Shown piece after piece: positions 27,184 to 36,743 of a stretch of DNA of 50,899 nt (position 1 is its first letter; every line of letters begins with the position of its first letter). Origin of the DNA: a virus. Taxonomy: Duplodnaviria; Caudoviricetes. The stretch spans positions 1 through 50,899 of the IMG/VR virus record IMGVR_UViG_3300021440_000032; one strand, 5' to 3'. The position numbers and the translations under genes were made by a program. The notes under the pieces were generated by a model that worked only from the letters and a program-made list of their open reading frames with translations, did not search any database and was not told where the DNA came from.

Positions 27184-27525
27184 ATGAAAGTTGAAATCAA
27201 TCACCCACATGCTGAAGCTATTGCAGCTTTCTATAATGGACGTAGAATCCGAAGTATATCATACACTGGTCACCCACCCTGGATGAAACTTGGTGTTAAT
27301 AACCCACTTTTCTCACCAGAAAACAGATACGAAATCGAACCAGAAGTCAAGGTGAAGTATTCATCTATGTACAAGACTAGTACTCAAGGCACTGCCATTG
27401 GTGTTGGTGAATTTACGACATATCACCAAGCTTCTGAAAGTATTCGTCCGGACGAATTTGCTGGGGTGGTGAAGAAGACATATACAGACAATGTGTTGAC
27501 TGCAATTGAAATTGTGAAAGAGTAA
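27184..27525 (+). CDS. Early hypothetical protein
   Basis: HPHAEAIAAF..YEIEP motif typical of phage early proteins; AGGT RBS. Confidence 0.7.
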   Translation: MKVEINHPHAEAIAAFYNGRRIRSISYTGHPPWMKLGVNNPLFSPENRYEIEPEVKVKYSSMYKTSTQGTAIGVGEFTTYHQASESIRPDEFAGVVKKTYTDNVLTAIEIVKE

Positions 27526-27534
27526 GGAAACAAA

Positions 27535-27723
27535 ATGAATGTGAAGAAGATGGCTCGACGTGTTCGGGCATTGGAGCGTTTCAAGGTTTTGCCATTTGAC
27601 CAAGTACGTGATCGTGAGGAGGAATTCGACCGTCCTTATACCGAAGTCGATTACAATTTGTATTTGGATCGCAAGCAAGCTGAACTAAACTCGTTGAAGA
27701 AGTATCATGGCGTTCAAATTTGA
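27535..27723 (+). CDS. Early hypothetical protein
   Basis: AAGGA RBS; packing. Confidence 0.6.
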   Translation: MNVKKMARRVRALERFKVLPFDQVRDREEEFDRPYTEVDYNLYLDRKQAELNSLKKYHGVQI

Positions 27724-28243
27724 ACAGCAGTTCGGCGACTATAAACTCTGTCTCAAAGGAGAATTTGTCTTCAATGGGACGGATGATAAAGGGTATGGAA
27801 AGATTATCCGTTGGTCTGTGTTTACTCCCAATGATGCAGGAAATATAAACTGGGGTAAAGGGGTTCTTCATTTTGCTACTATGTACTGGTTCATGGCCCA
27901 ATGTGGTAATGCTGGTATGATGCGGTTTGCCGGAAGTACTAGGTTCTGGCCTGAAGAGCATCAGGATGCTATGGCTAAATGGGTCATTAATTCCATCGAA
28001 TCAGTATTTGATGCGCTTGATGGGTACCATAAGAACACTCGCCAGTGGACTTTGAATCTCACATCGCATAACGATAATGCATTATGTGGGTATATCAAGA
28101 AGCAGCCTAACTGCAAGCCGGTGCATACATACCGGAATCAAGCTCATCACCCCAACGCACAGTGTACCTGGTATGCTTGGCATAGGAACCCAGATGGGTT
28201 GCCAGAAGAATGGGGTATTGAATTGAAGGAGATTCCTATTTGA
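27707..28243 (+). CDS. Early hypothetical protein
   Basis: 178-aa ORF overlapping neighbours. Confidence 0.65.
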   Translation: MAFKFEQQFGDYKLCLKGEFVFNGTDDKGYGKIIRWSVFTPNDAGNINWGKGVLHFATMYWFMAQCGNAGMMRFAGSTRFWPEEHQDAMAKWVINSIESVFDALDGYHKNTRQWTLNLTSHNDNALCGYIKKQPNCKPVHTYRNQAHHPNAQCTWYAWHRNPDGLPEEWGIELKEIPI

Positions 28244-28425
28244 AGAAAGATCTTCTTATTCCTCTTGTGGCATCGTTATGGTTCGTGCTTGGATACCTGT
28301 GTCACGAACCTGATATTGTTTACAAGGTTGTAATTCAACCTGCTACTGATCAACAACTCATCGACTTCTGGTTTGGTAACCAGGACAAAACTAAATTGCG
28401 TAATCGCATCTGTAGGAATAGATAA
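28240..28425 (+). CDS. Small membrane protein
   Basis: N-terminal hydrophobic helix; AGGAG RBS. Confidence 0.6.
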   Translation: MKKDLLIPLVASLWFVLGYLCHEPDIVYKVVIQPATDQQLIDFWFGNQDKTKLRNRICRNR

Positions 28426-28652
28426 TGTTTAAAGACATCTGCCTTGCCATCGTAGCTATCATCTTATTCTGTGTTGTACTTTTAGGTACAATAATGGGGT
28501 TAGAGTGGGCTAATCAAAAGTGGAATTGTACCTATTATCCTGGAGACACCAAGATGATTGCTGGTACTTGTTATATAAAAGAAAACAATAAGTATGTAAC
28601 ATTGCATACTTATATCAACAACGTGTCTAATGTAAACGTACAAGTTAAGTGA
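28425..28652 (+). CDS. Small membrane protein
   Basis: N-terminal TM helix; TAATG coupling. Confidence 0.6.
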   Translation: MFKDICLAIVAIILFCVVLLGTIMGLEWANQKWNCTYYPGDTKMIAGTCYIKENNKYVTLHTYINNVSNVNVQVK

Positions 28653-28664
28653 AGGATTATCATC

Positions 28665-28931
28665 ATGCGCCCATACTTTATCCATATCCGACCTAAGAAT
28701 GTTCAGACCAACTGCAAGGGCGGTACTACTGTTGCCGTTGTTGGTGACGAAGACAACGGTTATTCCTTCGGTGTTGCTAAGTGCAGCATCCATGATAACT
28801 ATTGCAAGGTCACTGGCCGTATGCTAGCTACTGGTCGTGCATTCGAGAAGCGTACTCGCATTCATCTTCCTGATGATGTGACTACGTTGCAAGCTGCTGA
28901 AAAGCACATCCGTTCCATTCTGTCTGTGTAA
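28665..28931 (+). CDS. Conserved small phage protein (G.A.CS..D....GR..A..RA motif)
   Basis: Motif recognition; AAGGA RBS. Confidence 0.65.
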   Translation: MRPYFIHIRPKNVQTNCKGGTTVAVVGDEDNGYSFGVAKCSIHDNYCKVTGRMLATGRAFEKRTRIHLPDDVTTLQAAEKHIRSILSV

Positions 28932-28946
28932 TTACACAGTTGTAAT

Positions 28947-29159
28947 ATGATCAGAATACCTGCACATAAGCAGATTGATCCAGCTAAGGCTGCTGGTCAG
29001 ATCAAAACCCTTGGTGATTACATTCAGCAGAAGACTGCTAATGATCCCAAGAAGCTCACGTTTGAAGAGTGGTGGACAAAGGAACATGACCACACCCCAG
29101 AGTGGGGAAGTTATGAAATTCTTAAACAGTGTTGGGATGCCAGTAGGGCTAACCTGTAA
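28947..29159 (+). CDS. Early hypothetical protein
   Basis: TFEEWW..CWDA motif; packing. Confidence 0.6.
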   Translation: MIRIPAHKQIDPAKAAGQIKTLGDYIQQKTANDPKKLTFEEWWTKEHDHTPEWGSYEILKQCWDASRANL

Positions 29160-29166
29160 CTAACAT

Positions 29167-29242
29167 CTGCCCGTAGCTCAATGGAAAGAGCAACAGATTT
29201 CTAATCTGTGGGTTGGGGGTTCGAGTCCCTCCGGGCAGGCCA
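29167..29242 (+). tRNA. tRNA-Arg(UCU)
   Basis: CTGCCCG/CGGGCAG acceptor, ACAGA-TTTCTAA-TCTGT, GGTTCGAGTCC, GCCA end. Confidence 0.95.
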
Positions 29243-29348
29243 AATACAAATTGTAAAATGAAATACTTTTACGAAGTGTTCTGCACAGTGTGTGGATCAC
29301 TATTTCATAACCGTAGTACTTGTCCTATCGAAAAGGCAAAGAAACGAA

Positions 29349-29594
29349 ATGACTCAAACTAAGTTCATCAAACCGTTCCGTGTTGGTGATGTAGTGCATA
29401 TCCGGGGTGAGAAGGATGAGCACATCATCAAAGAAGTTAACATTGATGTTGATACCTTTGAGTACTCTACCCATCGCTCCGCATGGTGGCCACATGAACA
29501 CTGTTCACTTATACGTAGGTGTAATGTTGACTCAATGAAAACCCTGAGAGAATCTATCTTTGCAGAAGAGGAAGAAGGTTATGAGAGCTACTAG
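29349..29594 (+). CDS. Hypothetical protein, SH3-like (FRVGDVV); start reassigned
   Basis: ORF track; motif. Confidence 0.55.
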   Translation: MTQTKFIKPFRVGDVVHIRGEKDEHIIKEVNIDVDTFEYSTHRSAWWPHEHCSLIRRCNVDSMKTLRESIFAEEEEGYESY

Positions 29595-30006
29595 ACTATG
29601 GTCTATCATCATTGCTGCGGCATCCATAGCTGTGGCTTTTACAGGTTGTAATAACGATCAACCCCAACAGGTACAACAATATGCACCTCAACAACAGCAG
29701 GAACCGGCCGGTGTTTCTCAACAATATCAACCGCAGGTTGTTCAGCAAGCCCCAGAAGATCACACGATTCGTGATGGCCTCATTGGTGCTGGCGTTGGCT
29801 ACATGCTTGGGCGTCACACTGCTGGTGGGGGAGGTACTCCTTCGTACAGTGGGGGTTCTCCTGGGTATTCCCATCCTCCTGTGGTACACAATACAACGGT
29901 TGTAAAGAAGGTTTACGTTCAGCAGAACGTCAAGCAATTCAATCGACCACCAGTGAATACATCACCACGGTCATATCGACCATCAATCAGTAGTAAACGT
30001 CGATGA
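29581..30006 (+). CDS. Putative lipoprotein
   Basis: Signal peptide with lipobox FTG-C, Q-rich linker, GAGVGYMLG zipper, basic tail. Confidence 0.7.
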   Translation: MRATRLWSIIIAAASIAVAFTGCNNDQPQQVQQYAPQQQQEPAGVSQQYQPQVVQQAPEDHTIRDGLIGAGVGYMLGRHTAGGGGTPSYSGGSPGYSHPPVVHNTTVVKKVYVQQNVKQFNRPPVNTSPRSYRPSISSKRR

Positions 30007-30464
30007 TTACCCACAAGATTACACTCAAGGCTAAGGCCAGAGTGATTGATGATGATGAGTGGGGTGGATATCTTGGAATGGATAGGCACTATCACAATTC
30101 ATTCCGTAATGTCCCTCGTAAGCTGGACAAGATATCCTACACTCAGTTCATTACCAAACTGCCATGTAAGATAGGGGATCTTCTGGTAGTTAAGTCCTTG
30201 GATCTTAACGGTCCTGAGGCTCTGCAACCATTCCGTTGGTATGTTGTTTCTGATATTCAGGAACTTCACCAGATGGCTAATTATACGACTGATCTTGAGC
30301 CTCAGTGTCTTTACCTTCAACCATTGAGTACATACTCACCAGGATACAAAGCCCAACCATTCTGGTCTAATCCGCTTCTTTACAAAGTTGTAGAACAGAC
30401 TAGTGTCCCTCAAGTTATTAAGGATGCTTATGCTAACCTACAGAATCAATGCCAAGCAAACTGA
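30003..30464 (+). CDS. Hypothetical protein
   Basis: ATGA coupling. Confidence 0.6.
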   Translation: MITHKITLKAKARVIDDDEWGGYLGMDRHYHNSFRNVPRKLDKISYTQFITKLPCKIGDLLVVKSLDLNGPEALQPFRWYVVSDIQELHQMANYTTDLEPQCLYLQPLSTYSPGYKAQPFWSNPLLYKVVEQTSVPQVIKDAYANLQNQCQAN

Positions 30465-30750
30465 ACAACGTGAGTTTATTCCTCTTACCAAACAGGAAAA
30501 AAAAAGATACGTCGTAGGCGGAGCAGATCACAAGCAAGCCATTCTAAGGCACGCGCTGAAAAATACCTACTTCAAAGAAGGTGATACAGTCTATGCCTAT
30601 GATGGTGAAGAAGGTACAATTGTTGATATCTGTCCACACTATGACAAGATTGAGTGGAATGGATTGAAACCATTGTTTATTGGGGTATGGATTGAGGACT
30701 ACCAATGTTCTCTATACTTCCACTATTCTGACCTTGAATGGACTAAGTAA
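30430..30750 (+). CDS. Hypothetical protein (FKEGDTV, SH3-like)
   Basis: AAGGA RBS before 30430. Confidence 0.55.
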   Translation: MLTYRINAKQTEQREFIPLTKQEKKRYVVGGADHKQAILRHALKNTYFKEGDTVYAYDGEEGTIVDICPHYDKIEWNGLKPLFIGVWIEDYQCSLYFHYSDLEWTK

Positions 30751-31076
30751 TGCAACACATCGTTTATCGCCATGCTGAAAATCATGGCAACCAATTCCTT
30801 GTTATAAACTATGCAGAGGTTCGAGTGTTTGGTAGCTTGTATACCATGCACGACAACTCATTCAGACCTTACGTTGAGGCTGACGCACTTCATCCTGAAC
30901 GTGCTTTTTACTACGTTGTAAATGATGAGGCTACCGCTATGAAGGTAGCGGAGTTCTGTGCCAGTAAAACCCCCGGGGTTGATTGGTACTGGGCTAAGAT
31001 TTCTGGTAAGGTGACTAGTAAGGTAGCACCTACTATTGTCACAACATTTGATGAGAAAGGGGCACTGCCCAAATGA
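30750..31076 (+). CDS. Hypothetical protein
   Basis: TAATG coupling. Confidence 0.65.
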   Translation: MQHIVYRHAENHGNQFLVINYAEVRVFGSLYTMHDNSFRPYVEADALHPERAFYYVVNDEATAMKVAEFCASKTPGVDWYWAKISGKVTSKVAPTIVTTFDEKGALPK

Positions 31077-31705
31077 AACTCGCTTCTGCAATCTATGATG
31101 ATTTTTATCCGTTCCATTCCTTTGGTCTGTTTACAGGTCATAAGGTGGTGACATTGGCTGAAGAGCTGGATGATGCTGATGCTCTGGTTGTCTGGGGCGG
31201 TGAGGATATCTCCCCATCTCTGTATAACCAAGCAGTACATCCCTATACTTCTGCTGGTGCTGCTCCATCCCGTCGTGACCGCATCGAATGGGCACTGATG
31301 CAAGCTGCTGCCAAGAAGGGTATTCCCATTATTGGTATCTGTCGTGGTGCTCAGATGCTGTGTGCATTCTCTGGTGGTACTCTGTATCAGCATGTGAACA
31401 ATCATGGTGTTGGTCGTGGTCACGAAGCAGAATGCGATGATGGGTCTATCATCACTGTCAGCAGTCTGCACCATCAAATGATGAATCCCACAAACACCGA
31501 GCATGAACTTATTGCTTGGTCCAAGGAGATTCGTAGTGATGTTCACCTAGATGCTAATGGGGATCAACCTGTTGAGATCGAGCCTGAATATGTGTACTTT
31601 CCCAAGGTTAAGGGCCACGCTATCCAATGGCATCCAGAATTCCAGGCAAAGGAAGATGGTGCTAATGTGTGGTTGAAAGATCGTTGGAATAAACTGGGGT
31701 TGTAA
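31073..31705 (+). CDS. Class I glutamine amidotransferase (peptidase C26/PuuD-like)
   Basis: WGGEDISP, IIGICRGAQ nucleophile elbow, SLHHQ, QWHPE. Confidence 0.9.
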   Translation: MKLASAIYDDFYPFHSFGLFTGHKVVTLAEELDDADALVVWGGEDISPSLYNQAVHPYTSAGAAPSRRDRIEWALMQAAAKKGIPIIGICRGAQMLCAFSGGTLYQHVNNHGVGRGHEAECDDGSIITVSSLHHQMMNPTNTEHELIAWSKEIRSDVHLDANGDQPVEIEPEYVYFPKVKGHAIQWHPEFQAKEDGANVWLKDRWNKLGL

Positions 31706-32061
31706 TGCCTACTACTTTGTTAACTACAGAACAGTTGGAATACTGGCGAGTAAGATTGCCAGTAATTTCACAGTATGATATAATCTGTGGATGCTGTGGT
31801 GCAACAGCATTTGATAATGCTACGTCCAAGCTGCCTGGTTATAAATACTTCTCAGCAGCTTATGGCATCAGTCTATTTAATACCGTTGAACCACCAGCAT
31901 TGGAATATTTCATGAGTAAAGGTGGTAGATGGAACGGGTTGGATAGGTGTGAGCACCATTTTGAAACGGTTTCTCTTCCTGAGATTGGGTGGTCTTATCA
32001 CATTGTTATTCAGGATGGTGAAACACCGGAACCAGAAGACGACGAAGACGATGACTACTAA
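31705..32061 (+). CDS. Hypothetical protein with Cys cluster and acidic tail
   Basis: CGCCG; ends EPEDDEDDDY. Confidence 0.6.
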   Translation: MPTTLLTTEQLEYWRVRLPVISQYDIICGCCGATAFDNATSKLPGYKYFSAAYGISLFNTVEPPALEYFMSKGGRWNGLDRCEHHFETVSLPEIGWSYHIVIQDGETPEPEDDEDDDY

Positions 32062-32377
32062 ACTGAAATTTATCCACCTTCAAGGGTTGGAAAATGCTTT
32101 ATATCGGTTGTCAGGTAATGTCCACCATGTTATTCAGTACTTGGATTATACTGGTGCATTTAACAAGGATGGAGATACTTATTGGGGGTTTATCACCGTA
32201 AATGAAAAGGACACCATTCATATGCCATATACCCCTCCTGGCCTGAAGCATCTTCTTTCCAAGTTCGACGACGTTCTTTCATACGAGGAAGTCCATAAAT
32301 CAACTCCCTTCGCCAATGTGAACTATTGGGAAGGTAACTATCTCCAATTCCATATTTACAAGGTTGCAAAGAAATGA
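32051..32377 (+). CDS. Hypothetical protein (start reassigned to MTTKLK)
   Basis: Fills gap and overlaps neighbours. Confidence 0.55.
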   Translation: MTTKLKFIHLQGLENALYRLSGNVHHVIQYLDYTGAFNKDGDTYWGFITVNEKDTIHMPYTPPGLKHLLSKFDDVLSYEEVHKSTPFANVNYWEGNYLQFHIYKVAKK

Positions 32378-33153
32378 ACTTTAAGATTGGCTGTGATCCT
32401 GAAGTCTTCGTTCGGGATCAGAACGGATACAGGTCTATCATCGAAACCATCGGGGGCTCCAAAGATTTTCCTCGCCCATTGGATGAACTCGGTAAGGGAT
32501 TCTGTGTCCAAGAGGATAACGTTGCTATGGAATTCAATATTCCTGCTTCGTCTTCCAAGGGTGAATTCATTACAAACGTTGTAAAAGCTCGTTTGTTCCT
32601 GGATCAACTGGTGCGGGACCAGTATGGCTGGTTCATGTCCAGTGAGTCTGCTGTTATCTTCCCTGAAGAGGAATTGCAGCATCCTATGGCCAAGGTATTC
32701 GGCTGTGATCCAGACTACAATGCCTGGAACAAGCGTCCTAACCCACGTCCTAAGGCTGCTAATGCACGTCTTCGTTCTTGTGGAGGACATGTCCACGTTG
32801 GGGCAGATCTTACAGAAGATCAGAAGTGGGCACTGGGACAAGCTATGGACTTCTATCTTGGTGTGCCATCCGTACTGATGGACAAGGGCGAGGCTCGCAA
32901 GGAACTCTATGGTAAGGCTGGGGCAATGCGCCTTAAGTCTTATGGTATGGAATATCGTACCCTGAGTAACTTCTGGATCTTTGATCAACGTCTGATTGGT
33001 TGGGTCTATGAACAGACTGCCAAGGCTGTTCAAGCAGTAGAGGTCGGCACATCCTTCAAGGATCTGCGCAAGACCATTACAAATTGTATTAACAACAATG
33101 ACAAGCAGTTGGCTCAACTGTTGGTTGATGAATATGAACTGACGACGGTGTAA
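32374..33153 (+). CDS. phiEco32-like COOH-NH2 ligase (glutamine synthetase-like fold)
   Basis: IGCDPEVF, QEDNVAMEFN, FGCDPDYNAW, RSCGGHVHVG, RKELYGKAG..YGMEYRTLSNFW. Confidence 0.9.
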   Translation: MNFKIGCDPEVFVRDQNGYRSIIETIGGSKDFPRPLDELGKGFCVQEDNVAMEFNIPASSSKGEFITNVVKARLFLDQLVRDQYGWFMSSESAVIFPEEELQHPMAKVFGCDPDYNAWNKRPNPRPKAANARLRSCGGHVHVGADLTEDQKWALGQAMDFYLGVPSVLMDKGEARKELYGKAGAMRLKSYGMEYRTLSNFWIFDQRLIGWVYEQTAKAVQAVEVGTSFKDLRKTITNCINNNDKQLAQLLVDEYELTTV

Positions 33154-33154
33154 T

Positions 33155-33748
33155 ATGGACGCTAAGTTTACTATTGAGGGAAGCCGAGACTTCTCTCAAC
33201 GATATGGTGAAAGCTATGGTTGGCTTCCTCGTGAGGGTAAGCCGGATCTTCCTGTCTATATTCGTAATGTAGACGGAGGTACTCTATACTTTGAAGATCT
33301 TGACGAGAACCAATACCATGTCTTTGCTGACAAGGATGTGTCATTCAAGTTTCACCAGATGCGACGTGCTTTGTACGTCGGTGGATCTGGCCGTGTATAT
33401 GTGATTGAACGCAGACCAGCTCGTCAATGGCAGCGTGGTGTATCCCGTAATAACACCAATCTGTTTGTTTACAATGCAGATCGTCGTCGGTTCGACCCTA
33501 GTCGCATTGGTCATGGTACGATGAGAGATATCATGGCAAAGGGTTCTAAGCCTTCTGTGCCTGGTGTCATCATGTCGGACATCTTCTGTATTCTCCACGA
33601 CACAGTGTACATGTACTACACACCAATCGGTGCAGCTAGCAACCTTGATGGTACATGGTCTGTAACTCTGTCCCCCAAGTTTGCATCATTTAAGCAAGAG
33701 CTTTCTGATGCTGCTCGTGATTCCAAAACCAAGTTTACATTTGTTTGA
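33155..33748 (+). CDS. Hypothetical protein within the amidoligase cluster
   Basis: RRPARQWQRG motif; packing. Confidence 0.7.
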   Translation: MDAKFTIEGSRDFSQRYGESYGWLPREGKPDLPVYIRNVDGGTLYFEDLDENQYHVFADKDVSFKFHQMRRALYVGGSGRVYVIERRPARQWQRGVSRNNTNLFVYNADRRRFDPSRIGHGTMRDIMAKGSKPSVPGVIMSDIFCILHDTVYMYYTPIGAASNLDGTWSVTLSPKFASFKQELSDAARDSKTKFTFV

Positions 33749-33756
33749 GGTGAAAC

Positions 33757-34758
33757 ATGCCTGATGATATTGAAGTTAACCCGGCTGCTGGTCTACAACC
33801 ACTGTGGAATCAAGCAATTGTTAATGCCCGTCCCCGGGCTGCAAGACCCATTGCAGGTATCCTAGATGAACTGGCCCCAGTAGGAGGGTTTGAAGTTTTC
33901 CTTCAAGATGCTGCTTTGAAGAAGCAATCTACTGCATCCGAGTATGACACTCAGATCATGGGACAGATCTGGAGCATCAAGATCCATGATCGAGTGATCA
34001 AGGCAATGGCTGCTCATCCTGGTGAAATCATCAAGGGTATCGAGCTTGAGATTGAGAACTGGCCAGAGAACTGGGCTGATTCTTCTGCGGTAGGGTTTAC
34101 ATTCACGGAAGATGGTAGCCTTCGTAACAATGGTACTGAAGCAGTAAGTCACCCGAATAATACTCGTGGTTTGCTGGCTGTGACAGAACAATTGTGGAAG
34201 AAGTTTAATATCCAGTCGGATAAGAACTTCTCTGACCGCACATCCATTCACGTTCATGCTAACGTATTTGACTTTACTGGTGCCCAGTTCAAGGCCATTA
34301 CACTGTTGTATCAGGTCTTTGAAGAGTTGCTTTTTGCATATGTCGGGGATGACCGTGCAAATAACATCTTCTGCGTACCTTGGTACGAAGCAGGTGTGAC
34401 TGCATTCAACCATCAACTAATGGTGAAGAGTCCTCGTGGTTGGAATAAATACACTGCACTGAACCTTGCTCCAGTAGCATCTCAAGGCAGTATCGAATTC
34501 CGTCATATGGCTGGTCATGCAGACATTACCAAGTTGGCTGGGTGGCTTAACATCATTGATGATCTGATGCTTTCTGCAAAGAAGACGGATTACAACAGTG
34601 TAATCGATCGTATTCAGAATATCAATACAAACTCTCAGTATGCTGAGTTCCTTTACTCTATCTTCCCTAATACGGGTTCTCTGTTGAAGACCGCGGACTA
34701 TGAACGAAAGATGTCTCGCGGTGTGGTTGAAGCCAAGCTGGCCTTGGTAGGAGCATAA
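33757..34758 (+). CDS. Putative amidoligase (Amidoligase_2-like)
   Basis: GIELEIE, EDGSLR..E, RTSIHVH, KYTALNL, GSIEFRH. Confidence 0.9.
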   Translation: MPDDIEVNPAAGLQPLWNQAIVNARPRAARPIAGILDELAPVGGFEVFLQDAALKKQSTASEYDTQIMGQIWSIKIHDRVIKAMAAHPGEIIKGIELEIENWPENWADSSAVGFTFTEDGSLRNNGTEAVSHPNNTRGLLAVTEQLWKKFNIQSDKNFSDRTSIHVHANVFDFTGAQFKAITLLYQVFEELLFAYVGDDRANNIFCVPWYEAGVTAFNHQLMVKSPRGWNKYTALNLAPVASQGSIEFRHMAGHADITKLAGWLNIIDDLMLSAKKTDYNSVIDRIQNINTNSQYAEFLYSIFPNTGSLLKTADYERKMSRGVVEAKLALVGA

Positions 34759-34759
34759 T

Positions 34760-36037
34760 ATGTGTGGTATCGTTGGTGTGATTAACAAGAATCCTCGTCG
34801 TGGCTTTAATCATCGAGAGGCTGAGTTGTTTCGTACCTTGCTACTGCTTGACACCCTGCGTGGCAAGGACAGTACTGGGATCTTCGGTGTGGACGCTGAT
34901 GGCAATGTAGACATTGCTAAGGATATCCTTACAGGCAGTGAGTTCACCAAGAAGAAAGAGTACCTTGACATTGAGAAGAGCATGATCCGTGATGGCTTTG
35001 CCATGATTGGGCATAATCGTGCTGCTACTCGTGGTGTTATCGTAGAAAAGAATGCTCACCCATTCTGGTATAACGACGAAGTTGTGCTGGTACATAATGG
35101 TACCTTCGCAGAAGACCATAAGAAACATGCCGACGTGGACGTGGATAGCGAGGCTCTGTGCCATCTTGTCGGTAAGCACGCTGTAGATGACGTGGATTCT
35201 GTATTCCAGAAGATTAATGCGGCATATGCAACCATTTGGTATGATGCCCGTGATAAGTCCGTGAACATCGTTCGTAATCATGAACGACCGCTGCATTTCT
35301 ATGACATGGGAGCATGTTATGTGGTGTCTTCAGAGAAGAGCATCCTTATGTTTGCACTTAGTCGATGTGACTTTAAGTTCAAGATGGAAGAGGTAGTCAT
35401 GATCAAGGAGGATGTTCATGTCAAGTTCAAGATGGAAGGCCACCAAGTCAAGGTATCCAACTCTGATATTGAGCATGTACAACCTACTTCCAAAGTATGG
35501 CCTTGGGTTCCAATTCATCAAGTTGCAAAATCAACAGAACCAATTGTTGACACCAAGAAACTCCCTAATGTGACAAAGGAGGTGATCGAAGCTGCTAACG
35601 AAGCAGGTAAGGTCATTGATTCTTTTCGTCTCGGAACAGACCGTACAAGTCACAACCAAGCCATTGACGAAGACCTTGGTCCGCAAACCAGTTACGTCCC
35701 GTTCGCAAGGTACGAAGAAGCAAGAGAGTTCTACCCTACTGACGGTACCCTTAATTTTGCTCCTCGTTCTGTTGTTTCTCTTTCAGGTGATGAGTGCTTG
35801 CTTTACGGAACTGTTCAAAACGAGCCGGACATCCTGGCGGCAGTAGTTATCTCTGAGAAGACATTGGATCGTTTGGTTAGTAGTTGTGGTGTTAACAATA
35901 TGGTCAAGATCCGTATTCGTACACAAACCTTCCTGAATAAAACAACGTCCCTTGATGTTCGTGAGAACAAGGGTTTGGTTATTATCTATGGTGTTGAACC
36001 AGAAAATGTTGAGGTGATTGAACATGCCAGTTGCTAA
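34760..36037 (+). CDS. Class II (Ntn) glutamine amidotransferase with C-terminal extension
   Basis: MCGIVG, RGKDSTG, GHNRAATRG, NAHPF, VHNGT, DVDSE. Confidence 0.92.
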   Translation: MCGIVGVINKNPRRGFNHREAELFRTLLLLDTLRGKDSTGIFGVDADGNVDIAKDILTGSEFTKKKEYLDIEKSMIRDGFAMIGHNRAATRGVIVEKNAHPFWYNDEVVLVHNGTFAEDHKKHADVDVDSEALCHLVGKHAVDDVDSVFQKINAAYATIWYDARDKSVNIVRNHERPLHFYDMGACYVVSSEKSILMFALSRCDFKFKMEEVVMIKEDVHVKFKMEGHQVKVSNSDIEHVQPTSKVWPWVPIHQVAKSTEPIVDTKKLPNVTKEVIEAANEAGKVIDSFRLGTDRTSHNQAIDEDLGPQTSYVPFARYEEAREFYPTDGTLNFAPRSVVSLSGDECLLYGTVQNEPDILAAVVISEKTLDRLVSSCGVNNMVKIRIRTQTFLNKTTSLDVRENKGLVIIYGVEPENVEVIEHASC

Positions 36038-36743
36038 GAAAGTAGTAATCGTTACTGAGAACATGAAATCCCAGTCGATCAAACGCCTAGCTTCCAGCTT
36101 GACCGATAAGCTTGGGTATAAGGTATGGCGAGTCCTGCCTGGTCGTGAACGTAATCGTCGTGTTGTGCGATTCAACCGTGGCTTGGATAAGCTAACACAA
36201 CTGAATAAATTTGCAGAAGCAGGACTATCATTCCCTAAATTCACCACTGATTCCTCCAAGCTTTCTGATCTGGACGAATTTAAGAATCAGAAGTATGTAG
36301 CTCGTAAGCTGCTCAATAGCAGTGAGGGTAAGGGTATTGTCATCTTTGGTGCTGACGAACCTATCCCTAATGCACCACTGTACACCCAGTATGTTCCTAA
36401 GAAAAAGGAATTCCGAGTGCATATATTTAACAACGTTGTAATTGACATTTCCGAGAAGCGGAAGAGAAAGGGTTTCGATGAAGAAGCGCGTGATACTCAT
36501 GTTCGCAATCTTGCTAATGGCTATGTGTTCTGTCGTGATTCAATCACAGAACCAGAAGGTATCCGAGATCTGGCAGTACGTGCCGTTGGGGCGTTGAACC
36601 GTACACAGGGTGCTGTGGACATTATCTGGAATGAGAAACGTAACCAATGCTACGTCTTGGAAGTAAACTCTAATCCAGGTATGGAAGGAACTACACTGGA
36701 AAAATACACTCAAGCAATCATTCGGGGGTTCAATGGAGAATAA
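36024..36743 (+). CDS. ATP-grasp ligase (RimK/YheCD-like)
   Basis: SSEGKGIV, EFRVHIF, VRNLANG, GAVDII..YVLEVNSNPG. Confidence 0.9.
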   Translation: MPVAKKVVIVTENMKSQSIKRLASSLTDKLGYKVWRVLPGRERNRRVVRFNRGLDKLTQLNKFAEAGLSFPKFTTDSSKLSDLDEFKNQKYVARKLLNSSEGKGIVIFGADEPIPNAPLYTQYVPKKKEFRVHIFNNVVIDISEKRKRKGFDEEARDTHVRNLANGYVFCRDSITEPEGIRDLAVRAVGALNRTQGAVDIIWNEKRNQCYVLEVNSNPGMEGTTLEKYTQAIIRGFNGE

